A stretch of DNA of 63,072 bases, the filler included, from Anaerolineae bacterium (lineage in GTDB: Bacteria > Chloroflexota > Anaerolineae > Epilineales > Epilineaceae): assembly GCA_029262755.1 (NCBI GenBank). It is 5 parts of 5 records of this genome, joined end to end, with 100 filler letters (N's around TTAATTAATTAA, not from the genome) between each part and the next. Parts side by side here need not be neighbours in the genome. Positions count along the whole stretch, not along the records: positions 29,603 to 51,071 come from JAJCYU010000153.1; positions 51,172 to 58,583 come from JAJCYU010000154.1; positions 58,684 to 63,072 come from JAJCYU010000168.1; 2 more parts are not named here. One strand, 5' to 3'. The notes under the pieces are model-generated. The model had not been told where the DNA came from, ran no database searches, and saw only the letters and a list, made by a program, of their open reading frames with translations. Positions within the stretch are counted from its first letter, which is position 1. The number at the start of each line of letters is the position of its first letter. Shown here piece by piece: positions 49,907-60,336 of the stretch. Made by a program: the position numbers and the translations under genes.

Positions 49907-51071
49907 ATGCGCTTGAAATGGGGACGCATCTTGCTCGGCATATTGGTGCTGGCCGTCGGCTGCGGTGTGCTCTGGATGTTGGCCGCAGGTCCCGTCCAGC
50001 AGGTGATGGATGCGGTGAGCACGGATGGAAGCGAAACGGCGCGCGACACCGACACCCGCGGCGGCGGTTCGGACGCCGATCTCGGGCGCGCGGCGGCCGA
50101 TCGCGGGGACGACGAGGACGCGGCGCGCGACGATGACTCCAACGACACGGGCGGATCGGCGCGAGACGGGTCAACCGCAAGCGAAGGCGCCGTCGATGCC
50201 GATGGCCTGCCGACGTTCCGCGTCCTCACTTTGGCCTACACGCCCTACATGGCCACGTTGGCGCACATGGATGCCGGCGACTACATGGAACGGCGTGGCT
50301 ACAATCTCGAGCTGTTCGACGTCTACTCCGAGGCCGTCGACCTGGACGAACAAGGTCAATGCGAGGCGCTGCGCTCCGGCGAGTACGAGGCGCTTGCCAC
50401 GACTCTGGATGCAACGCGCAAGTGCGGCGAGGGCGTCGAGATGGCGATCCCCATCGGCCAGAGCGCCGGCAATGACGCGATCGTCGTCCAGGCCGGTGTG
50501 GAGACCTGGTCGGACATTTTCGAGCACGCGATCGCCTTCACCGAAGGCAGCGTATCCGAATACATGGCCTGTTTCGCGAGCCATACGGCCGGCGTGCCGA
50601 TCGACTTTCCCGTGGGCTTCGACGATGCGTCCGAGGCCGTCGACGCATGGTTGGAAGGCGGCGAACGATCCGTGCTGAGCGTCGTTGCTTGGGAGCCCGA
50701 GATTTCGCGCGCCCTGGCCGCGCGGCCGGATGCACAGGTCATCCTTTCGTCGCGCGACGTGCGCATCCTGTGGGATGTTCTCAATTTTTCAAGCGCGCGC
50801 GCGGACGAGGATCCGGTGGCCTTTCTGGCCTTCACGGAAGCCTACTACGAAGCGCTGCGCGACCTGACACGCGACCCCCGTGCGGCGATGGGTCGCATTC
50901 GCGACTGGGCGGAGGGCGATCCGTCGCGTGAGGACCTGCTCACCGTGACGGCAAACGAGGACTTTGTCGCCGATTTGGATCTCGAGGCCTTCGCCACCCT
51001 CAAGGATGCCGCGATCTTGATGAGCGAAGGGGATACGCTGCGCAATCGCTTGGAGGAAGCCGCCTTCTACT
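49907..51071 (+). CDS. ABC-type substrate-binding protein (SsuA/NMT1-like), 3'-truncated
   Basis: N-terminal TM; QSAGNDAIV, GSVSEY, VAWEP and DVL motifs; runs into the spacer. Confidence 0.7.
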
Positions 51072-51171
51072 NNNNNNNNNNNNNNNNNNNNNNNNNNNNN
51101 NNNNNNNNNNNNNNNTTAATTAATTAANNNNNNNNNNNNNNNNNNNNNNNNNNNNNNNNNNNNNNNNNNNN
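51072..51171. other. Artificial contig spacer
   Basis: N44-TTAATTAATTAA-N44. Confidence 0.98.
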
Positions 51172-51172
51172 G

Positions 51173-51910
51173 GTCTTCGCCGCATTCCAGCGCAACGGTG
51201 GGCCGCGACCCCACGTGTTCGGACGCGCGCCTTCGCTCTACCGCGTGGAGGGCGCGATGGCGCTCATGCGCGCGCTGCTCGGTGAGCGCACGTTCGCGGA
51301 TCTCGCGCTGCCGCTCGCGCTCACGTCCGTCGACGCCGCGACGGCCGAGCCTGTGCCGCTGCGCCGCGGGGACGTCGTCGACGCGCTGCGCGCCGCGGTG
51401 GCGATTCCCGGGCTCTTCCCGCCGCATGCCGTGGCCGCGGAGGACGGCCGCGTCTTGCTCGACGGCGGTGTGGTCGATCCGATCCCCGTCGCACTTGCCC
51501 GGACCCTCGCGCCCGGCGTGCCGGTGCTCGCCGTGGTCTTGCAGCCACCGACCGCGGACTGGCACGCTCATCCGGCATCTCGCCGGCTGGAGCGACTGCC
51601 CCTGCTGCGGCACCTCGCCGGTTGGCGCGTGCTACGTGCGCTTGCCATCCACGTGCGAACCGCGGAATGGACGCGCCGCACGCTCACCGAGGCGTGCCTC
51701 GCGGCGGAACGTCCGGAGCTCGTCGTGCGCCCCGAGGTCATGCACGTCGACCTCTTCGACCACGAGCTTGCACTCGACCTCGTGGGCCGCGGCGAGCGAG
51801 CCGCGGATGCGGTGATCGACGCGTGGACGGAGCGCCCGGCCCAACGCTCGGCGCACCGCGAAGCCCGATCGGGCCGACGCGCCCACCATTCGCGAGGCCG
51901 CGCGCGGTAG
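51173..51910 (+). CDS. Patatin-like phospholipase, C-terminal part (5'-truncated)
   Basis: TFADL...ALRAAVAIPGLFPP...LLDGGVVDPIP. Confidence 0.85.
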   Translation, partial: VFAAFQRNGGPRPHVFGRAPSLYRVEGAMALMRALLGERTFADLALPLALTSVDAATAEPVPLRRGDVVDALRAAVAIPGLFPPHAVAAEDGRVLLDGGVVDPIPVALARTLAPGVPVLAVVLQPPTADWHAHPASRRLERLPLLRHLAGWRVLRALAIHVRTAEWTRRTLTEACLAAERPELVVRPEVMHVDLFDHELALDLVGRGERAADAVIDAWTERPAQRSAHREARSGRRAHHSRGRAR

Positions 51911-52220
51911 GAGCAGGCGCGGGGCCGGCGGACCGGCAGCAGAGGTCTGGCGCGATCGCGGATTCCTAGCGAGGATATGCGAGGCCTGCGATCTCGCCGT
52001 TGCGAGTCGACCCTTGGTGGTCGCCGCGAGTCGAGCGGTGGACGCCGCGAATTCTCACATAGCCAACCTAGCGCCGGATGCCCGCCTCGACGTCCTGGAG
52101 GCAGGTCAAACAGTCATCCAGCGTCGATAACTGAAAGCCGAGCGCGGCGGGTGCCACGCTGCCGAAGAGATGACGTTGGTCTAGCGACCCCGCAATTCGG
52201 ACAATCCGCCGTTCGAACGA

Positions 52221-53837
52221 TCAGTACACCGGAGACTCGATCACCGCACGGGGCAGGTACAAGGTCCACGTCCGGCCGTCTGTGCCGTCCGGGGTCGCCT
52301 CCCGCGTGGGGGCGACGGTCGCCACCGACGTCGCCGCCATCGTCGGCTCGACCGTCGGGGCCACAGCCGTCGACGTCGGCTCGATGGTGGGCGCCGCCGA
52401 GGTGGGCGTCGCGCCTTCCGTGGGAGCTTCGCGTGCGCCGTCGATGCGCAGGCAGCGCGTCGCGCCGTCCACGGCGTTCGGGTCCGCGGCGATCGCGCGG
52501 ATCGTGGTCACCCGATCCGCCGCGGGCGCGTCCGGAACCACGCGAAGGCCGTCCGACGCCAGCGTGAAGCCCCACTCGAGCGCCGCATCCGGCGCTACCG
52601 TGCCGCACAACCACGCTTCGCCGCGGCCGGCTACGCTGCCCAGCCGGCGTTGGACGGTTGCGTCGGACGTGCGCACCGTGAGCTCGTCGCCGCTCGGGGA
52701 TTCGTGGACGCGCCAACTTTGCGCGGCGGCGGGGTCGGGGGTCGCGCGGCCGCCGGGCTGGGTCGGTCGTGGGGCGGGGTCGGGGCCGGGTGCGCCGAGG
52801 GTCGGGGTCGGGCCGGGAGGTGCGGCGGGGTCGGCCAGGAACCAATCGCGGCTCGTATCATCGGTCTTGAGGAAGGACAGCAGCATGCGGCCGACCTTTT
52901 GGCGGCCGACCGGATCGCTCGGGTGGGTGCCGTCGTCGCGGAAGTCACTGCATGACCAGGTGAGGCCGTCCGAGCGCGGGGTGAGGCCGTCGGCCCAAAG
53001 GTCTGGGCCCCAAAGCAGGACCGGAGCGCGGACAGGGCCGGCTGCGGGGTCGGGGTTGAGCGTGGGATCGCCCTCGATCTGCCGTTGGATCAACCACTTC
53101 ACCGCGAAGCCGCTCTGGTAGGCGTAGGGCTCCGGGTTGAGCTGTGTGGTGGCGTAGCCGGCATAGGTGCGGTTGGACAGATACACCAGCTTCAGGGCGG
53201 GGAAGCGGTCGTGCATCACCCCGACGATGGCCGCCAGATCGTCCTCGAGCAGCCGCGCGTCTTCGGGGAAAGGCTCGTTGGGACTGCGGCGCGCCTGCTT
53301 CATCCAGACGACCTGGACCTGCTCGGGGCTCGAACCGGCGGACGAGAGACGTCCGTCCACCGTGTCCCAAAATCGCGCGTCCGCGCCCCGGATGTCGCCG
53401 GCCGCCTGCCCGCCCTGGGCGCCGTCGACGAGCAGCACCTCGGGCGCGATCTGTGGGTCGGTGGCTGCCTGGCCGAGGAAGGCGTTGAATTCTTGGGTCG
53501 TGTTGGACATGCCGATCGAAAGCAGGACGATCTTGCCCGCCGAATCCGGTGCCCCGCCAGTGTCCAAGGGCGCGACCGTCGCCGCCGCGGCCAGCGCGCG
53601 CTCGCGGTGGGCGGGGGGCGGAACGCGCGACGCGTCGGGGTAGTGGCCGCCCTCGTGGCCCATGTGGCGGTCGGTCGGACCCATGTCGAGCAATGGCGTG
53701 AAGCCGACGGAGGTGCCGGTGCAGTCGGCGGCGCGGGCGACGGGCGGGGTAACGATGCGGCCGAAGCCGTTCATCGCCACGAACGCGACGAATACGGCGC
53801 AGGGGAGAGCGAGACGGTGCACGGTGGGCCTCCGCAT
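52221..53837 (-). CDS. Secreted SGNH-hydrolase-like protein with PT linkers and YLP tail
   Basis: Signal peptide; SIGMSN, GAQGG and DGTHPS resemble SGNH blocks; ends WTLYLPRAV. Confidence 0.65.
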   Translation of the reverse strand: MRRPTVHRLALPCAVFVAFVAMNGFGRIVTPPVARAADCTGTSVGFTPLLDMGPTDRHMGHEGGHYPDASRVPPPAHRERALAAAATVAPLDTGGAPDSAGKIVLLSIGMSNTTQEFNAFLGQAATDPQIAPEVLLVDGAQGGQAAGDIRGADARFWDTVDGRLSSAGSSPEQVQVVWMKQARRSPNEPFPEDARLLEDDLAAIVGVMHDRFPALKLVYLSNRTYAGYATTQLNPEPYAYQSGFAVKWLIQRQIEGDPTLNPDPAAGPVRAPVLLWGPDLWADGLTPRSDGLTWSCSDFRDDGTHPSDPVGRQKVGRMLLSFLKTDDTSRDWFLADPAAPPGPTPTLGAPGPDPAPRPTQPGGRATPDPAAAQSWRVHESPSGDELTVRTSDATVQRRLGSVAGRGEAWLCGTVAPDAALEWGFTLASDGLRVVPDAPAADRVTTIRAIAADPNAVDGATRCLRIDGAREAPTEGATPTSAAPTIEPTSTAVAPTVEPTMAATSVATVAPTREATPDGTDGRTWTLYLPRAVIESPVY

Positions 53838-54092
53838 GGCGGGGCCGGACGTGGGGAGCGAAGCGGGCGCGTCGATCGTCCAGCAGCCTCGACGCGCGGG
53901 GCCTAACGCGTGAACCGTCAGGCGGGTTTGATGGGCGTGCGTCGCTCGGTTGCCCGAAGCTGGCGATGATCCATATCCAAAGTGCGAGCCACCCTGCGGG
54001 AAGGAGACGCACACAACGGCCTCACATCGAGTCGAGAGGAGCGTTCGATGAGGTTGATTCGCGCCTTGGTCCTGATGAAGCGCTCGACCGCC

Positions 54093-54569
54093 TTAGCCCG
54101 CCTGCTCCGGACGCACGATCTCCACCGTGACGCCGCTCTGCTCGGTGACGTCCTTGGCAAAGCGCTCGATGGCGTCGTCGCCAAAGACGTTGGCGGTGGT
54201 TCCGCGCGGTGCGCCGAGGAGCAGGCAGCCCGCCTCGATGGAGCGCGCGTAGGCGATGATCTCGTCGCGCACCGCGCCTTCGCGCAGGGCGAGCGTGCTC
54301 GCGACGCCGGCGCGCTGCGCCTGGCCGCGGGCCATCTCGAGCAGCACGCGGCCGACCCAGCGCAGCTCGTCGCGCAAGGCGTCGTCCAACGCGCGACCTC
54401 CTGCGGCCGGACGCTCGTCCGCCATGCCCTCCGCGTCGATCACGAAGAGGAAGACCAGCGGCGCGTTGCGCTCCGAGGCCAGCGCCATTGCCCGTTCCTT
54501 GACCACGCGGCTGCCCTCGCCGCCGCGCGTGGCGCAGACGATGGCGCCGTGCATGTCCGACGCACTCAT
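54093..54569 (-). CDS. Universal stress protein
   Basis: IVCATRGG, FLFVID, REGAVRDEII, LLLGAP; ATGA overlap with the antiporter gene. Confidence 0.85.
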   Translation of the reverse strand: MSASDMHGAIVCATRGGEGSRVVKERAMALASERNAPLVFLFVIDAEGMADERPAAGGRALDDALRDELRWVGRVLLEMARGQAQRAGVASTLALREGAVRDEIIAYARSIEAGCLLLGAPRGTTANVFGDDAIERFAKDVTEQSGVTVEIVRPEQAG

Positions 54570-56437
54570 GCGCCACCTCCGTTGCGGTCGAGAGAGTCGC
54601 GTTCGGGCCGATCAGCAGGCTCGGGACGGCTATCGCGCTCGGGACGGTTCTCGTGACCGCCACCGTCCGCACCCTGTCCCGGCGATGCCATAACGGCTTC
54701 GGTTCGCTCGGTCGCCCGCGCGTCCTTCGGGCCGCCGAGTGGCTCGCTGCCGCCGGGGCCCCGTGCCTCGCGGATGAGATCGAGCGCGGCGCGGCGGTCA
54801 TCGATCTCGCGGCTGAGCTCTCCGTGCACCGCGTCGCCGATCAGCCCGCGCCGCGCGGCGTCCGCAACGGCCGTTCGCTCAGCGCGCAGTACGTCGGCAC
54901 GGGCCTGGAGGACCATCTCCTGCTCGAGCTCCTGCCAGTCGCCTAGATGTTCGCGCAGGGCGGCGGCGCGTTGGTCGATCTGCGCGTCGTACACGCTGGA
55001 CATTGCGCGGAAGACGTCGCCGACCACGATTCCGTCGTCGCGCAGCCGTTCCAGCTCGCGCTTGCCGGCGTGCGACGCGTAGAGACGAGCCTGCTTGCGC
55101 TGCTGCTCGAGGCGCTGCGCGGGCTTCTCGCTCATGCCTAAGCGCGCGATCAGGGTCTCGATCGAGAGGCCCTGGACAAGCAGCGTGAAGAGCACGACGC
55201 CGAAGGTCATGTACTGCAGCTCGGCCGCGATTTCCGCGCCGACGTTGCCCGCCGTGAGCGACAGGGCCAGCGCCAAGCTGATGGCGCCGCGCAAGCCGCC
55301 CCAATACATGACATGGCGGTAGTTCATCGGCACCGGATAGCGCGCGCCGAGCGCCCGGTGCAGGGCGGTCAGCCCGTACACGACGCCGGCGCGGCTGATC
55401 AGAATCGCTAGCACGGCCACCACGACCGGCACGATGTAATCGCCGAAGCGGGTGAGGTCGATGCGCAGGCCGATGAGGAGGAAGACGAGCGAGTTGACGA
55501 CGTAGGCCAAGAAGGCCCAAAAGTTATCGAGCACGAGCTTGGTCGTCGGCGACGTGTTGCGCGTGCCGACGTTGCCCACGAAGAGGCCGGCCGCAACCAC
55601 GGCCAGAATGCCGGAGAGGTGGAAGCCATCTCCGACCGAGATGGTCTCGGCCAGCGCGAAGGAGCCGAAGGCCAGGGCCAAGGTGGTCGCGGTCTCGATG
55701 AGCGCGTCGTCGACGTTGGCCAGGATCACGTTGGACACGATGTAGCCGAGCACGATGCCCACGGCGAGCCCGCCGAAGGCGACCTGCGCGAAGAGCAGGA
55801 GGATCGTCCATGGCCCCGTGGCCATCGCCGCCTCGCCCTGACCGGCCGCGGCACCGCCGACGGCCCCGAGCGCGAGGGCGAGCTTGAAGACCACGATCGC
55901 CACGCCGTCGTTGAACAAGCTCTCGCCTTCCACCAGTACGGCGAGGCGCTTGCTGACGCCCAGACTGCGGAAGAAGGCGATCACCGCCACCGGATCCGTG
56001 GCCGATATCAACGCCCCGAAGGCGATGGCCGCCGCAAGCGGTACGTCGAGCAGGCGGGTCACGATGAAGGCCACGATCGTCGTGCCGATGAGCGTGCCGA
56101 CCACGGCGAGCAGAATGATGGGCACGAGGTCGCGGCGCAGCTTCTCCCATCGCAGGTGGAGCGTAGCTTCGAAGATCAGCGGCGGCACGAGCAGGAAGAG
56201 GATGACGTCCCCGCTCACCAGGTCCGGGTCGATGCGCAGATGATCGCCGAAGAGCGCAAGCGCAAGGCCGACCAAAACGAGGGCGACCGTGTAGGGCAGC
56301 CGGATGCGCTGCAGGAGGATCGCCACAAGGGCCGCGATGGAAAGCAGCGTGACAAAGGCCAGCTCGGTTTGGAGCACGCCGCCGGCCGCCTCTTCAGCCG
56401 CAACCGTCGTGGCGAGCAGACTCAATGGGAGGGGCAC
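54566..56437 (-). CDS. Na+/H+ antiporter, CPA1 (NhaP-like)
   Basis: ISATDPVAV, EGESLFNDG, SGILAVV, GGLRGA; about 12 TM helices. Confidence 0.95.
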   Translation of the reverse strand: MPLPLSLLATTVAAEEAAGGVLQTELAFVTLLSIAALVAILLQRIRLPYTVALVLVGLALALFGDHLRIDPDLVSGDVILFLLVPPLIFEATLHLRWEKLRRDLVPIILLAVVGTLIGTTIVAFIVTRLLDVPLAAAIAFGALISATDPVAVIAFFRSLGVSKRLAVLVEGESLFNDGVAIVVFKLALALGAVGGAAAGQGEAAMATGPWTILLLFAQVAFGGLAVGIVLGYIVSNVILANVDDALIETATTLALAFGSFALAETISVGDGFHLSGILAVVAAGLFVGNVGTRNTSPTTKLVLDNFWAFLAYVVNSLVFLLIGLRIDLTRFGDYIVPVVVAVLAILISRAGVVYGLTALHRALGARYPVPMNYRHVMYWGGLRGAISLALALSLTAGNVGAEIAAELQYMTFGVVLFTLLVQGLSIETLIARLGMSEKPAQRLEQQRKQARLYASHAGKRELERLRDDGIVVGDVFRAMSSVYDAQIDQRAAALREHLGDWQELEQEMVLQARADVLRAERTAVADAARRGLIGDAVHGELSREIDDRRAALDLIREARGPGGSEPLGGPKDARATERTEAVMASPGQGADGGGHENRPERDSRPEPADRPERDSLDRNGGGA

Positions 56438-56625
56438 GGTTCGGGGCTCCGGGTGGGGCGCGGGCGATGGGCGGGGGCGGTTGCGCGCGGGTTGAGATGC
56501 GATCCCGGGCGATTATACCGGCGAAACGCGACCGGCGGCGGCCTCGCCGGCGCGGGCGTGATACGATGGCGCCGGGGGACGCGACTGCCGGACTCGACCG
56601 CGCGACGCGTATTGCGGAGGCCTCG

Positions 56626-58413
56626 ATGGAAACCCACATGTCAATGCGTCGTGCGCTCGTCGTCGTTGCGCTCGGGCTCGCCCTGCCGTACGCGCTTGCG
56701 ACCGGCGCGGCTCGAGCCCAAGGGCCGTCGCCGCTGACCTTGATTCCCCTGTCCGCCGCATTCAACAACCCCATCGGCATCGACTACCACGCACCCAGCG
56801 ACAGCCTGGTCATGTCCGTCAACTACTCGAACGGGCAGCCCTACAACTTCGAGCTGATCGACCGGGACGGAGCGCGAACGCCCTTCTCCGACGTGGCGGG
56901 TCTGACGAACGAGGTCAAGATCGGGACGGTGCGCGAGGGGCCCTGCGAGGGCGGCTTTACGCCCGGCGAGCTCTTTGTCGGCACCGGCGAGGCGGGTGTG
57001 ATCGCACGCGTTTCGTCGGACGGCACGCGCGTCGACAATCCGTGGGTGACCCTGCCCGGTGAGACGGGGCTGATGCGCGGCGCGCTCTTCCAGGATCGCT
57101 ACTGCGTGGTGGGCGGCGACCTCGTGGTCGTGACGACGGCGGGCAACGTGTGGCGCGTTTCGAGCTCGGGTGTGCCGAAGGGCGTCGCGGTCGTCGGCTT
57201 TGGCATCCACCTCGAGGGCGTGACCACGGTGCCGAACGATCCACGCTACGGACCGTGGGCCGGACGGATCTTGACCGGCGCCGAGACGATTCGGCGCACC
57301 TACGCGATCTCGCCGGAGGGCGACGTGGACGAGTATGTCCTCCCCATCGCGCCGGAAGATTTCGACATCGTGGAGCCGGGCGAGCACTTCTACGGTGTCG
57401 ACTTCGGCAGCAAGCGGCTCGTGGCCGCGGAGGCCGATCAGTGGCGTGACAAGGTCGGTGGGGTCGTGATCGCCGACGAGAGCGGACCGCTTTGGTATGC
57501 GCGCTGGGACGCCGCGGCGGCCGCGTTCGAGGTCACGTTGATCGCGACCGTGTCGCAGTGGGAGCACGTGACGTTCGCGCCGCCCCCGATCCTCGAGGTG
57601 CCGCGGGGTTCGCCTACCCCGACGGCCAGCGCGACGCCGCAACCGAGCGCGACGGCGACGGCGACCCCGCCGCCCACGGCCACGCCGACGCCCACGGCCA
57701 CGCCACGACGTTTCAAGCGCTACCTGCCGCTCTCGCTGCGCGAGTCGCCCAAGGACGGACGGCGGCCCGTGACGGCGGTATTGATCCTGGACCTCTCGAC
57801 CTCCATGCGGCGCGTGGACGGCTCGGGCCGCGCCAAGCTCGACGCCGCGCTGGCGGCCGCCCGCGACTTCGTCGGGCGTCTCGATTCCGAGCGCGGGGAC
57901 CGCGTTGCGATTGTGGGCTTCAACGATCGTGCCTGGACCGCCGCGGCGCTCGGTGACCCGCGCGCCGCCGAGCGAGCGATCGCCGCGTTGCCCGCGGAGG
58001 TGGCGGAGGGGACGCGGCTCGACCTGGCGCTTGCGGAGGGACGGCGCGCGCTGGGGGCGGCGGACGTGGGCGAGAGCGCGAGCACGAGCGGGAACGCAGG
58101 AGCGGTGATCCTCCTCACGGACGGTCTGCCCAACCGCGTGCCCTTCGGGCCGGGCAGCACGGTGCCTGAGTGCGCTAACCAGGAGTGCACCGTGCTCCGC
58201 GAAGCGCAGCGCTACCCGCCCGGCGTACGGCGCGTGACGATCGGTCTCGGGCAGCGCGACGACGTCCTGCACCGCCTGCTCGGCGACGTGGCGTCCGCGC
58301 CGCTCGACTTCCACTTCGCCCCGACGGGCGCGGAGCTGGCGGGCGTGTACGCGCGGATCTTGCGCCGTCTGGCGTGCGACGGGCCGGCGTTCTGGGGCGC
58401 TCGCTGCGGCTGA
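56626..58413 (+). CDS. Secreted protein: propeller-like domain, PT linker, YLP motif, vWA
   Basis: Signal peptide; NNPIGIDYH; PT repeat; RYLP; MIDAS DLSTSM, TRLD, LLTDG; GGAGG RBS. Confidence 0.82.
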   Translation: METHMSMRRALVVVALGLALPYALATGAARAQGPSPLTLIPLSAAFNNPIGIDYHAPSDSLVMSVNYSNGQPYNFELIDRDGARTPFSDVAGLTNEVKIGTVREGPCEGGFTPGELFVGTGEAGVIARVSSDGTRVDNPWVTLPGETGLMRGALFQDRYCVVGGDLVVVTTAGNVWRVSSSGVPKGVAVVGFGIHLEGVTTVPNDPRYGPWAGRILTGAETIRRTYAISPEGDVDEYVLPIAPEDFDIVEPGEHFYGVDFGSKRLVAAEADQWRDKVGGVVIADESGPLWYARWDAAAAAFEVTLIATVSQWEHVTFAPPPILEVPRGSPTPTASATPQPSATATATPPPTATPTPTATPRRFKRYLPLSLRESPKDGRRPVTAVLILDLSTSMRRVDGSGRAKLDAALAAARDFVGRLDSERGDRVAIVGFNDRAWTAAALGDPRAAERAIAALPAEVAEGTRLDLALAEGRRALGAADVGESASTSGNAGAVILLTDGLPNRVPFGPGSTVPECANQECTVLREAQRYPPGVRRVTIGLGQRDDVLHRLLGDVASAPLDFHFAPTGAELAGVYARILRRLACDGPAFWGARCG

Positions 58414-58474
58414 CGCGTGCTTCGGTGCGTGCTCTGACGCAGGCTCCGATGCTTGAGTGATGCGGGGTGGACCG

Positions 58475-58577
58475 GCGGTCGACGTAGACGTCGACGTAGC
58501 GGTCGACGTAGCGGTCGACGTAGCCGTCGCCGTCGCCGTCGCCGTCACCATCGCCGTCGACGTGGACATAGTGCACT
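58475..58577. repeat. 6/12-bp-period simple repeat at contig end
   Basis: (GCGGTCGACGTA)n followed by (GCCGTC)n. Confidence 0.75.
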
Positions 58578-58583
58578 GCGCGT

Positions 58584-58683
58584 NNNNNNNNNNNNNNNNN
58601 NNNNNNNNNNNNNNNNNNNNNNNNNNNTTAATTAATTAANNNNNNNNNNNNNNNNNNNNNNNNNNNNNNNNNNNNNNNNNNNN
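58584..58683. other. Artificial contig spacer; composition changes after it
   Basis: N44-TTAATTAATTAA-N44. Confidence 0.98.
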
Positions 58684-58695
58684 TCAGCTCAACTC

Positions 58696-58746
58696 CTGGG
58701 TCCCGGGTCTTCCTCCGGATCAAGTCCGGAGTTCGCCCGGGATGGC
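58696..58746. repeat. Nested palindrome, REP-like hairpin
   Basis: TCCCGGG(58701)...CTCCGGA-TCAAG-TCCGGAG...CCCGGGA(58742). Confidence 0.55.
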
Positions 58747-58762
58747 GAAATAGAAAGTATTG

Positions 58763-58798
58763 AAAGAGGGCTGTTGCATTGAGCCCTCTTTTTATTTT
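58763..58798 (+). terminator. Rho-independent terminator
   Basis: AAAGAGGGCT-N9-AGCCCTCTTT followed by a T-rich tract. Confidence 0.7.
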
Positions 58799-58990
58799 CA
58801 GGCTCAACTTTACGCTCCCTTCTAAGATTTCATTATGTCACTGGCTTGGAGGCCTAGATCCGGCTAACAATTTCTTCGCTATTGAGTCGCAATGCCCCTA
58901 GAATTATATAAAAGAGGGCTTTTCCCAATCATTGAGCAATCCGCTCGAATACACATAACCAGAAGCAGGGATTTAAGAAAGTAGGCAGGG

Positions 58991-60268
58991 ATGAGTAGCA
59001 AGCAATTTGCAGCTGCCATTGGGCTGGCTATCACGATGTTGGTATTTTCGGGATTCACTCCGGATCTGGTGGCTCAGGAATCGCGCGGCGAGGTGGTCGT
59101 CACATCAACCACAATGTACATGGGCTCGACAACGAACAACGCCTTTGTGGGTCAGAAGGATGTTGTCATTGGCGTGCTCTACATTGAGGACACGGCAGTA
59201 AATGGCACCGGCTCCAACTCATTTATCGACAGGGTCTGGATCCGTCGTGAGTCTGGAGACGCTTCGGAAGATTGCTTCACCAATTGGAGATTCGTGCAAG
59301 ATATCGATGGCCTCAATTTTTCGCCGAATGGGGTATTCGATGGACCAGATGATTTATTCCTAGCAAACGGAACAGGCAAAATCGACTCAAGTTTTGACGG
59401 CGGACAGGCTGGCGTATTTTTTGAAAATCCGAGGCTCGGGGACTTTACTCCAGGATTTCATAAGCGGCCCGCAGTTATCGTCAATGATGGAGCGGCCAAT
59501 ATTCTTTTCATTGTTGCCGACATCTCTTCGAGTTGTGAAGGTGGGACCTTAGAGTTAAATTATCAATTGGATTTCTCGCATCTTCCGCTTAGCGACAAAC
59601 TAAATTCCATCACCAAGTCCCAGCTTGCTTGCCAGACCCCTCCAACGGGTATGAGCATGTTTCCATCGGCAGTCGGGACATCTTTGGGTTCTAACATTGC
59701 CGCACACACGGGATGTTCCATGCCCAAGCGCAACGGCGTCGGCGTGAGCATATCGACGGGCAGCCCACCCACTGAAACACCCCCGCCGTCAGAGACACCT
59801 CCACCAACGAGAACAATACCGCCGGCTGGAGGAAGTTCCCTCGCTGATTTTGACACGAATGACAACTGCTCAATCGATGATCCAGAATTCTTCAACGCCG
59901 TCGATAGCTGGCTGAGCGAGAGTATCTCCGATGCACTCTTCTTTGATGTACTTGATGCTTGGATCGGACAGACAGATGTTTGTGCTTCTGCTGCATCACT
60001 CAAGATTTCTGCGCAACAGACCGCGTCGGGTGGATTTAAATTCTCTGCTCAGAATGCGAGCACAACAGCTTTGCACATTGAGATCTACAACCTGCAAGGA
60101 AATTTGATGCATCAGCAGAGTGCGTCGAGTGGACAGCTTATCTGGAATTTGCGCAGCGCAAATGGAAAGTTCATTGCCAATGGAGTCTATCTCTACAAAA
60201 TCTCTGGGCAAGATTCGAGTGGAAAAGTTGTGGGCCGTGAAGTTCGCAAGCTAGTGATATTGCGCTAG
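58991..60268 (+). CDS. Secreted protein with EF-hand-like motif and T9SS-CTD/FlgD-like tail
   Basis: Signal peptide; DTNDNCSIDDPEFF; EIYNLQG...WNL...ANGVYLY...RKLVILR. Confidence 0.8.
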   Translation: MSSKQFAAAIGLAITMLVFSGFTPDLVAQESRGEVVVTSTTMYMGSTTNNAFVGQKDVVIGVLYIEDTAVNGTGSNSFIDRVWIRRESGDASEDCFTNWRFVQDIDGLNFSPNGVFDGPDDLFLANGTGKIDSSFDGGQAGVFFENPRLGDFTPGFHKRPAVIVNDGAANILFIVADISSSCEGGTLELNYQLDFSHLPLSDKLNSITKSQLACQTPPTGMSMFPSAVGTSLGSNIAAHTGCSMPKRNGVGVSISTGSPPTETPPPSETPPPTRTIPPAGGSSLADFDTNDNCSIDDPEFFNAVDSWLSESISDALFFDVLDAWIGQTDVCASAASLKISAQQTASGGFKFSAQNASTTALHIEIYNLQGNLMHQQSASSGQLIWNLRSANGKFIANGVYLYKISGQDSSGKVVGREVRKLVILR

Positions 60269-60336
60269 AGCTATCTGAGAAGGACATATTGTTTCAGTTC
60301 AGCAGATTGGTATAGCATCTCTGTTGGGGGTGCCCT

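Noticed and set aside
58453..58639. Small ORFs made of VDVAV or RRRS repeats
   Set aside because: These are translations of a simple repeat running into the gap.
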